Of a stretch of DNA of 64,000 nucleotides, positions 15,160-23,662 are shown piece after piece (within the stretch, counting starts at the first letter, position 1; each line of letters begins with the position of its first letter). Both the position numbers and the translations under genes were made by a program. The stretch lies in NCBI RefSeq assembly GCF_009914755.1, contig NC_060925.1; one strand, written 5' to 3'. The DNA comes from the human T2T-CHM13v2.0 reference genome, Homo sapiens. The notes under the pieces were generated by a model, which had not been told where the DNA came from, did no database searches, and was given only the letters and a program-made list of their open reading frames with translations.

Positions 15160-16269
15160 TTTTCTTAGAAAATAACATTTATTTCTAGCTCATATCTATG
15201 CAAAGGAAAGCACAAAGTGCTGCTCTGCAGCAGCGTTTTCCGCTGCGGGCCCTTCAGTCAGGGCGTTTGGCGAGTCCCGGGAGGCGAGGATGGGCCCGCG
15301 AGCGGGCGGTTCTGGCTCAGTCACACGTCGCTCTGTTCCTGCTTCAGTGCGCACCTTGACGGCTCCTTAGGGACAGACCAGCCGCAGGCAAGAGGGGCAG
15401 GTGGGCAGGATTCATCCCGAGTTTCCAATATATTTAATCTCTAAACCTGATAAGTACAATGCGCGCATAGTCTAATTTTTTTCCATTTTGTCCCTTTTTT
15501 TGCTTGTTTTGAATGTTTTTCACGTTAATACCGAGGTCACCTACAGATTACAATTAATAACTTAGAATTCCATTTTATAACATTATACACTGGCTTGTAT
15601 ATATATATGTATAGATTATATATAGATTTATACATATATAAAAACACACTGCACCAAGGAAACCCATGCTTATCGGCATAAGCAACAAAGAGAGCGACAA
15701 ATACCGCAACGAGGAAAGTGCACCTTAAAACTTGTTTCCTTTTTTTTTTTACAATTGTATCGATATATATGTGTGTCCCAAAGACTCAGTGCCAAGAGAT
15801 TTATACATCCTAAATTTATATTTGTTAGAGCGAATATTTAAATTTTTTAAAAGTGAGGGCTGGGGAGACACAGAAAAGACTCTCGGATTATCCTGCCATC
15901 CACTGAGAGCCGGATGAGCACAGCTAAGGAGCCGCAGGAGCCTGCGCTGCTGTCGCAGCCTCTGAATTCTCATGAATTCCCAGCCTTTTGGAAAGGGGGC
16001 CGGGTGAGGCTGGAAGAGGGATCCGGAGGTAGGAGATGAGGACCCAGGCCGCGCACCCCCTCCGAGAACACCTGCACCTGTCTGTAGCTGCTCCCCCTTT
16101 GCTCAGCCTTCCCCACCCACCCTCCTAAACAAAACCCAAAAACCACCTTAGAGTGAGAAGACCCCCAGCCAGGGCGCAGAGAGAGCGCTGGGCGAAGAGG
16201 GGTCGATGGCCCGCGGGAACAGGGCTGGGGTTCCTGTTTGGGGACCGGCCGGCTGCCAGGCCCCTCGCC
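15160..16269 (-). other. DMRTA2: DMRTA2 3'UTR
   Basis: Follows the TAG stop; AU-rich block at 15420-15860; ends after AATAAA. Confidence 0.75.
15178..15183 (-). terminator. DMRTA2: DMRTA2 distal poly(A) signal AATAAA (alternative ATTAAA at 15433-15438)
   Basis: tttatt on + at the end of the AU-rich 3'UTR. Confidence 0.7.
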
Positions 16270-17339
16270 CTACTGCTTCTCCGGAGCGCCGTTGACCATA
16301 GGCCCGTACAGGCCGCCGCCGTAGGTCGGCTCCTTGTGCACCGCCGCAGCAGCGGCGGCCGAGCGGTCACGCATGAGATCGCTAAAGGCGTAGTCCATGG
16401 GTGGGCGGAAGCCGAGCGTGGGCACCAAGCCGGCAGTGGAGTAGGGCGCCATGAAGGCCAGACCGCGGCTGTGCGCCGCCGCCGCGGAGTAGGCCAGGCG
16501 CAGGGGGCTGAGGCCGAGCGGCGCGCCCAGCGGGTAGGCGCCCGCGTCGGCACCGAAGTGACTGGCGTTGGGCTGCAGCGGCGAGAAGGCCGAGCGGCTG
16601 CTCAGCGAGCCCAGCGCCCCAGGCGCCATGGCGCCGGCCAGCAAGGGTCTGTGGTGCGGAGGTGCGGCGGGCCCCGCCTGCAGCGGCGCAGGCAGCCCAG
16701 GCCCCCCGGCAGCGGCGGCGGCGGCGGCGGCGGCGTCGACGCGGCTGGGCCACGCGTCGTCTGCAGCTGCTGCAGCACCCACGGCGGCCTTATCTGGGGG
16801 CGCCGCAGGGCCCAGGCCGGCCGCCAGGCCCCCACGGTGGTGGTTCAGCACCTGCTCGATGGCCTGCACCACGTCGCCGCCGCAGCCCTGCAACACCAGC
16901 TCCAGGACGCCTCGCCGGTGGCCTGGGAACACGCGTGTCAAGATATCCAGCGGCGTCCGCTGCCGTGGACCCGAGCCTCCGCCCAGCCCTGGCGCCGGCG
17001 CGGCCTCACCCTCTTCTTTGTCAGCCTCTGAACCGGATTCAGAGCCCAGAGGGCTAGCGGAGCCCGGGCTGTCCTCCTCGCCGCCGCCGCCAGGGCCAGC
17101 GCTGCCTGGGCAGCTGCCACCTGCCTCTTTGGAGGCCCGAGCTAGGGGCGAACCAGAAAAGGACTCGCCATCGCCGTTCTCCGAGCCTGAGCCGGGCCGC
17201 ACCTCTGGGGACGACGTCCCGGGCCCCGAGTCTGCGCCGTCGGGTGATAAGGGCTTCACCGGCGGCGGCAGCGGGCTGCCCGGGCGGCCTGCCTGCAGCA
17301 GCGTCTTAGGAAACAGGTCAAACTTCTGCAACTTGGCCT
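16270..17339 (-). CDS. DMRTA2: DMRTA2 last coding exon (DMA domain, poly-Ala, SRSAFSPL motif, C-terminus APEKQ*)
   Basis: Acceptor ttttctcccctcccag|AG at 17340/17339; phase 1 matches the upstream donor; DMA domain [38 protein letters not shown]; 1070 nt. Confidence 0.97.
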
Positions 17340-18127
17340 CTGGGAGGGGAGAAAACGTGTCGTGAGGAGCGGTTAGCTAGAAGACAGCAGTCACAGCACC
17401 TCGGCCCTTTGGATCTCAGTTTCCTCTCCCTCAGCCCCACAGCCCTTATTCACTAGGCTCCAGTGCCCCTCTTTCTTTTTGCTCTAGCATTCCTTCCGCT
17501 CTGAGCCCCTACAGCCCTGACCCCAGGGCTCCCTCTCTTTCTGTACTCCTCAGAACCCCAACTACCTGTGCCCTGTAAACTCGATGTTCAGTGCTGCTTT
17601 CCCCACGTCTGTGCCCCAACACCTCCACCCTTAACTGCCCTTCCAGTCCTGCCCTGCCGTGGAGAAGTGGCCAGGTCCAGGGTTCAAACAAGAGACAACA
17701 TAACTTCTGCCTAACCACGCTGTACAGAAGAGCCCACTGTATAGAAAATGCCTGCCCTGGCAGTGCAGCCTGTAAGGAAAGGCGCCTTGGTTATCTAGGA
17801 GGTCCCAAGCTTCTCTACAGGCAGAAGTACAGCCCCTGTTTCTAATCCACCCTTTCCAAAATTGAGACCTGAGAAGTTCTTCCCTCCCAAGTTTAGAGCG
17901 GATCCCTCCTTTCCCTCAACGGCTCTGGCCTAATTTCTTCCCTCCCCACAAAAAGCCACGGGGGTCCAGAAAAAGAGGGTGGTGCTAGGCAGGCAGTAGG
18001 AAGCGAAGAGGAAAAGACATAGGAAAGCAGACCTGAGAAACCAGGGAGGGTGCGGAAGAAACTAGAAGGAGGGAGGGCGCAGCAAGCGGTTGTCCAGAGG
18101 GCGTTAGGAACGCGAGAAGGGGAAAAG

Positions 18128-18176
18128 AAACTAGGGCGTCTCAGAACCTAGGGCGTCTCAAAACCTAGGGTGTCAG
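18128..18176. repeat. 17-bp tandem repeat (~2.9 copies) in the DMRTA2 intron
   Basis: aaactagggcgtctcag / aacctagggcgtctcaa / aacctagggtgtcag. Confidence 0.85.
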
Positions 18177-18582
18177 TTAAAGGGGGGGGGATTCCTTAAG
18201 GGAGTTGGGAAGGAGCAGAGGGAAAGGGCCTGTGGAGAAGCGCAGAGCGAACGAAGATGCGCAGGTTTCCACCTGGGGAGAAGACGAAGCAAAGAAGCAG
18301 GGACCTGCCTGCGTTTGGGTAGAGGCGAGTAAAAAAATTAAAGCGTGTACATTTCGGCCCGATGCAGGAGAAAGGGGTAAAGTGCAAATGCTCCAGAAGC
18401 GGGAGAAAGGAGAGTTTCTGTACCCACGCTCCATACCCGAGGCTGGGCGAGCGGTGAACCCTAGCAGTCGCGGCGACTGGACACGGGGGTTCTACTCTTT
18501 CTGAACCGAGACAAGCCCCTGGGCCCCGTGCCCCAGAGCTACGATCCTGCTGCCCCTACCTGCGGCCTGGCCGCGCTCTCAC

Positions 18583-19141
18583 CTGAGCCCCCTGCGCCAG
18601 CTGCTCCGCCTCCGGTCCCCGCGGGCGCTCCCGCTCCAGGTCCCCCGCCGTCGGCGGCGCACACTGAACCGAAGACCTCGTAGGCGGGCCTCGGGGGGAT
18701 GATGCCGTTGGCGGCGGCCAGCGCCAGCCCCTCGGCAGTGCCGTAGAGCAGCTGCAGCTCGCGCGCCTCGTTCTCCTCCTGCGCCTGCTGCCTGCGCAGC
18801 GCCACCTGCGCCGCCATGACACGCTGGCGCTCCGCGATGAGCGTGCACTTGGCGCACAGGCAGTCCTTCCAGCGACAGTAGCGTTTGTGGCCCTTGAGGG
18901 CCGACACCACGCCATGGTTGCGACAGCGCGCGCACTTGGGGGTCCGCGGGTACTTCTCGGCTGCCCGCAGCAACAGTGGCGGCCCCCGCAGCAAGCCGCC
19001 TGCCACGCTCACCGGTAGCGATGCAGCGGCCGCCGCGGCTGCCGCCACCGACGCCACCGACGCCACAGGCGGCCCCGTCGCTGTTGCCGCCGCCGCCGTC
19101 GCCGCGCCGGGCACGCTGGGCAGCTCCGAGCGCAGCTCCAT
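18583..19141 (-). CDS. DMRTA2: DMRTA2 first coding exon (DM zinc-binding DNA-binding domain)
   Basis: ATG at 19141 (gtcATGg), [10 protein letters not shown]...; DM domain [52 protein letters not shown]; donor CAG|GTGAGA at 18583/18582; acceptor polyY-CAG at 19150/19149; 559+1070 = 1629 nt = 542 aa + stop. Confidence 0.98.
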
Positions 19142-20716
19142 GACAGGACCTGACGGGAAAGAAGGTGGGAGAGGGGAGAGACCTGGTGAGGAGCACACCG
19201 CGCGCTAGGCCAAAGCGCCGCCTTGAGGAACCCAAGCTGGAGAGGGAAATTTGGGCCGCGGAGGCTGGGCTAGAGGGGCCAGAATTGCTGGGAGGAGGTG
19301 CAGTCGGAACCTCCTTGTGAGCCCTAGCACCTTCACCCCAGTCTGGCCATGGCTGCTCTTAGACCTGATATACACGCTAGGGGTAAGATTTTGTCTGAAT
19401 TAGTGATTCCGCTGGAAAAAATAAAGAGACATGTAAAGTGTGAAAGTCACTGATTCAGATGGCTGTAATGAGAATTTGGAAAAGTTAAGATGATACCCCA
19501 AAGCTTAGCCTAATTGGGGTGAGACGGGTGAGAGAAATGCTCGTTTGACGGGACTGGGATTAGAGCGACAGTTTTGGCCCAGAAGTTAGGCTGATGCCAA
19601 GGGCAAAACAGGAAAACCCGGAGCAAAACGGTCAGTTTGGTGGAAGGGTGAAGAGGAGAGAGATGTGAAGGCGCAGATGTGAAGGCCGGTTGGGCCGGAG
19701 TTTTGTTTCTTTTTGTTTGTTTATTTTTAATGCAGTTTGGGGCAGAAGCTTTGGAGAGAAAAATCAACAACAGAAAGAATAGCTTTAGGAAGCAGAGTGA
19801 GGACGAGGAAACAACTTGGGCAAAGTTAGGCCCAGTGGCTCTGGGACCCGTAAAAATGTGAGCGCCAAAAGTTCCACGGTGAGGGCCTCCAGAGAGTGAG
19901 AGACAAAATGTATGTGGAATTTAGCTTAGGACTGGGAAGTATTAAAGAGAAAAATTCGGCCAAAGAAACTTTCTGTATAGGCAAACCCAGCCCAAAGATG
20001 AGCTTCATGGGCAAGGAAAACAGTGAAAAGCAGCTGATCTGGGTGTCCGGGATCCAGGGGCCGCGCCTGGGAGAGGGGAATGTGTAAGAAAAAACCCCAC
20101 AGGCAAATGCTGGGGGAGGGGATTGGGTAAAACCTGTGGTGCAGTTTTTTAGCTTCGCAGTCTGGAGTAGTAGTCGGGGCGGAAGACGTATCCTGCGAAA
20201 AGTTAGGCATTTCGGGAGGGGGATCTTTCTCGAAGACCACCTCACACTGCCCTCCCCTCCCCTCCGGGTTTAGGGACAGAGTCGTCAGACACGCCCTCCC
20301 CGTCTTGGGGTCCCAGGGGACCCCTCTCGAGCGCAGGCTCCTGCGTTCTGATCTCAGAGTTGGGGTCCTAGGACACGGATGGCCCAGCAGGCCGCACCAA
20401 GCCAGGGGAGTCGCCTTCGCAACTGGCCATAAACGGACACCAGAGTCCCTCCCACGCCGCAGCCCCATAAGGCCCAAGCAGGCCCAGCTCCCCGCTTCTG
20501 CCGCGGTCTCCTCTGCTTCCCGCGTTCCCCGTCCCTGCCAGAGCCCGCGACAGAGTCCTTGTGTCTCCGTCCGAGAGTCCCAGACCTCCTCTCTATGAGC
20601 GTTGCCTCCTCTCCCAGACCCTTCGGGCGTCCCTAAGGCCCACGGGGCCCAGGCCTCCTCAACAGGGGCCGCAGACCAGGTCTCCACCCACTGCTCTCCC
20701 TGCGGCCCTCAACTAC

Positions 20717-21060
20717 CTGCCTTGGGCTCCGGGATCCTCCTCCTCCGCTGGCGCTGCACGCGCCTCCCGGCTCCACTGGCGACGCTGGAGCTCTTGGCCG
20801 CTTCCCTTTGCCCCCGGCCCCTTATCTGACCACGTCACCCTCCTTCAGTCACCATGTCCGAACTTCCGGACCCCTCAGAACGCAGCGCAGTCCAACCCTC
20901 CCTTCAGAAATCCGGGTCGGAGGCTCGTCTGCGGGCCGCGTGGTTGGAACCCGCGACCTGACTCTCGCCGTGCCGGGTCCCCTCGCGGTGCGCGCCGGAC
21001 GCTGCGCGCAGCCGGGGCCCAGTTGCCCGGCGCTGCCAGACTCTCAATGAGCCGCTCGCC
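20717..21060 (-). other. DMRTA2: Probable non-coding exon 1 of DMRTA2 (TSS approximate)
   Basis: The acceptor 8 nt before the ATG requires an upstream exon; donor CAG|GTAGTT at 20717/20716; lies just downstream of the CCAAT cluster. Confidence 0.6.
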
Positions 21061-21160
21061 CGCTCTATTGTTGGTCCTTAGGGCTCCATTAGACAGAATT
21101 GGACAACAATGTGGCGCCTGCCATTGGCCAGGGGAGGCAGACGGCGCTCTGATTGGCCGG
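21060..21160 (-). promoter_or_regulatory. DMRTA2: DMRTA2 core promoter with three CCAAT boxes and SOX-like motifs
   Basis: ATTGG on + (CCAAT on -) at 21098, 21123 and 21152; AACAATAG on - at 21065-21072; AACAATG on + at 21105-21111. Confidence 0.65.
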
Positions 21161-23610
21161 GCCCGCGCCCGGGGAGCCCCGCATTCTACAGTGTCCGAAA
21201 GATTCGAAACTCCAAAAGCTCCACTGCGTGCCTCTGGGAGGGGAGGGGGCGCGCCAGGAAAGGAGTGGAAAAAAGTGGGCGAGGAGGAGCGTTGAAAATT
21301 TCCTGACAAGTAGTTTCCGTGCGCCCGAGAGCGTGTGAATTGCTCCTAATTACCGTGTCCGGTGCGCCTCTCTGCGTAGACTTGTGTAACCTCTCGGCTT
21401 CTGGGGCGCCGGCTCGGCTGCACCGCTCTTACTGGCCTGGGGCGCTTGGCAAAGCCGAGCTTCCCAAGTGGCTCTGGAGCCCTGAGGCGGGATGGGGGGC
21501 AGGTGACAATTCAATTACTGCGGTCGGGGTAGGGGCGGGACAAGGGTGCGGGGGTGGGGAAGGGAGGGTGTTCAAGGCATAAATGCCAGGACGATTTTTC
21601 CTGCCTTCTTCCTGCTATGTTTCGGCGCGCTCCCAAATCCGACGAGTTTGGGGTAGTTGGGGGCTGCTTTGGTTTTTTCCTCCTGTCTCCTTAAAGCTCA
21701 GTTACTTTATTTTAAAAGTCCTGATACGATAGTCATCCTGGAGGGTAAGTGTGGTTTATGAAGATTTTCGTGTTTAAAGAGAAGCTCAGCGAAGAGAAAT
21801 GAGATTGCACTTCCTGTCGGTGCCCGCCACGTCCCTCGCGCCCTGAGCCTTTCCTCTCCCCGCCCCTCTTTTCGCGTCCCTCAGCCCCTTTTGAGCTCTC
21901 TTTTCCTCACTTTTCAGCATCTCGATTTCTTTTCCGTGGTGGTGGGATTCTTTTTGTCGTTATTGCAAATGAACAAATAGCCCCCCCCCCCTTTTTTTTT
22001 CTTTTCTAAACGAAAGTAAAAAGTGGCCTCTGTGTCTCCGCAGATTCTCTTAAACTCAGGACGCGCATCGGTCTGTCCGACCTTCCCGGCAAGAGACAAA
22101 GTCACTGCTGGGAGGCCCCCTCGGACAGTTTTCAGTTTTAACTTTCGCCTTATTCTCGTCTTGTCTTGATGTCACGGCCCTGAGGAACAGCTCGTTCTGC
22201 AGAAGAGGTAACAGGTTTCAGATTTTGTTTCCTTTTTGAAAGGCTGTTGCCTTTCAAACATCTGGAATTAATGCCGCGGCCCTCGGGCGAGTCGCCCTCG
22301 GTTTCTGTAGCTCTGATTTTATCTCTGTGTCTTTTCCCCTCTAATTTCTAAAGTTCTGTTTTTCCCTCTAATTCTGTTTTTCCCTCTAATTTCTAATGTT
22401 CTGTCACTCTCGTTTTTGTTCTCTACTTTTCTCTCTCTCCTTCAGAATAAAGAAAATTCGTTTAAATAATGAGGAAAATGAGCGTTCCTGTCGTTCTCCC
22501 TCCACTCTTGACCGTGCGTCTCTGCGTTGCTCTTTCGAACCTCCAGGCCGGCGGGAATCTGGGCGCGCAGACTCGGCCCGGGTCGTCGCGGCCTCAGGAC
22601 GCAGCCCATTCCGCCTGGCACGACTACTGGGCCGCGTCTTGTCAGTCTATCAGCTTCTGAGCCCAGGAATGGGGGTGGGGGAAGGACGGTGCGACTAACG
22701 GGCCCCCACCCGAAGACCGCAGAACCTGGCGCCCCGGAAGAGCCCTGGAAGATGCCCACCGGGAGGCTGAGGCTGGAGGGAGGAGTGGGTGGGGGTGATT
22801 CGCTGGAGGACCGGGCGGAGAGCTTCCAGAAAGTTCACCAGGCCCCGGCGCGAGGGCGCTCCGACACGGACAAGGTCTATGATAGCGATAAAAAGCTGGT
22901 TACTCGCTCCCAGAAAATGCCACTTGCTGGAGTCTGTGAATGGGTTTAGGAGAGAGAAGGGTGTCAGCCCCCGCGAGGGTCTCCCGCGTGAAGTGAGGAT
23001 AAGGGAGTGCTTCAGGGATAATATGTCCTCTAGGAGCGCAGGACCCAGACCCCACCTTCCAACACCTGGAGGTTCCGAGGCCAAGTATGTCTAGCCCCGG
23101 CTGCACCTGGGTAGGTGAGCCATGGGGTCGGGGGAAGAGCGCCGACAACCGCCGGATTCCGCGCAGGGGCCGCCAGGCGCCTGCTCCCAGAGCTCCTTTG
23201 GACAAAGTTTTCGGGAAATTCTATTAAACCGAAAACGAAATAAACTATACAAATCTGCCTAGCTTTTGAGGGGGCGGTGGCCCAGGTATCCTTCTCGCTT
23301 GAGGCCAGGTCACCGTGAGATTTCCCCACTCCGGACCGGGGATCCCGCAGAAGCCAAGGGTGTAGCCACGAGGACTCGGGAACCCGAGGCGGCCCAGCAG
23401 ATGCGTGAGGAACTTCATTTTCTCAGGAGTGGGAGGAGGAGCATCCTGGCATCTAACACAGCCCAACCAGAGGGAATCCGCCCAACCCCTAGTGGCGGCA
23501 TCTCACTCTTCTCTCGCTCCTCTTTTCTGGCATTCACATCCCCACAGGTCTGAGACCCACAGCCTTTTCTCCCACTCCCCGGAGGTTAGGGTGTTCATGT
23601 GAGTGAATGT

Positions 23611-23662
23611 GTTATGGAGGGAGGCAAAATAAACCCGTTATGGAGGGAGGGCAAATAAACCC
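23611..23662. repeat. 26-bp tandem duplication, each copy containing AATAAA
   Basis: gttatggagggaggcaaaataaaccc / gttatggagggagggcaaataaaccc. Confidence 0.9.

Noticed and set aside
15750-15759. tacaattgta palindrome as a DMRT site in the 3'UTR
   Set aside because: Two central bases rather than the single A/T of the ACA(A/T)TGT core; a 10-bp palindrome is expected by chance in AT-rich sequence
16843-16865. TTCAGCACC (REST/RE1 left half-site)
   Set aside because: Right half (GGACAG) is absent; lies in coding sequence
16153-17365. Long + strand ORFs (292 aa, 265 aa) antisense to the DMRTA2 last exon, and alternative-frame ORFs over both coding exons
   Set aside because: Shadow ORFs expected from very GC-rich codons with few stops; non-ATG starts and low-complexity Arg/Gly/Pro/Ala translations
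18128-18176. Short direct repeats as a CRISPR-like array
   Set aside because: No spacers and only ~3 units; eukaryotic intron minisatellite
18539-19198. ORF-track N-terminal extension (MCSSPGL...) and C-terminal tail (GESAARPQ...) on the DM exon
   Set aside because: The extension is the intronic polypyrimidine tract before the acceptor at 19149; the tail is intron after the donor at 18583
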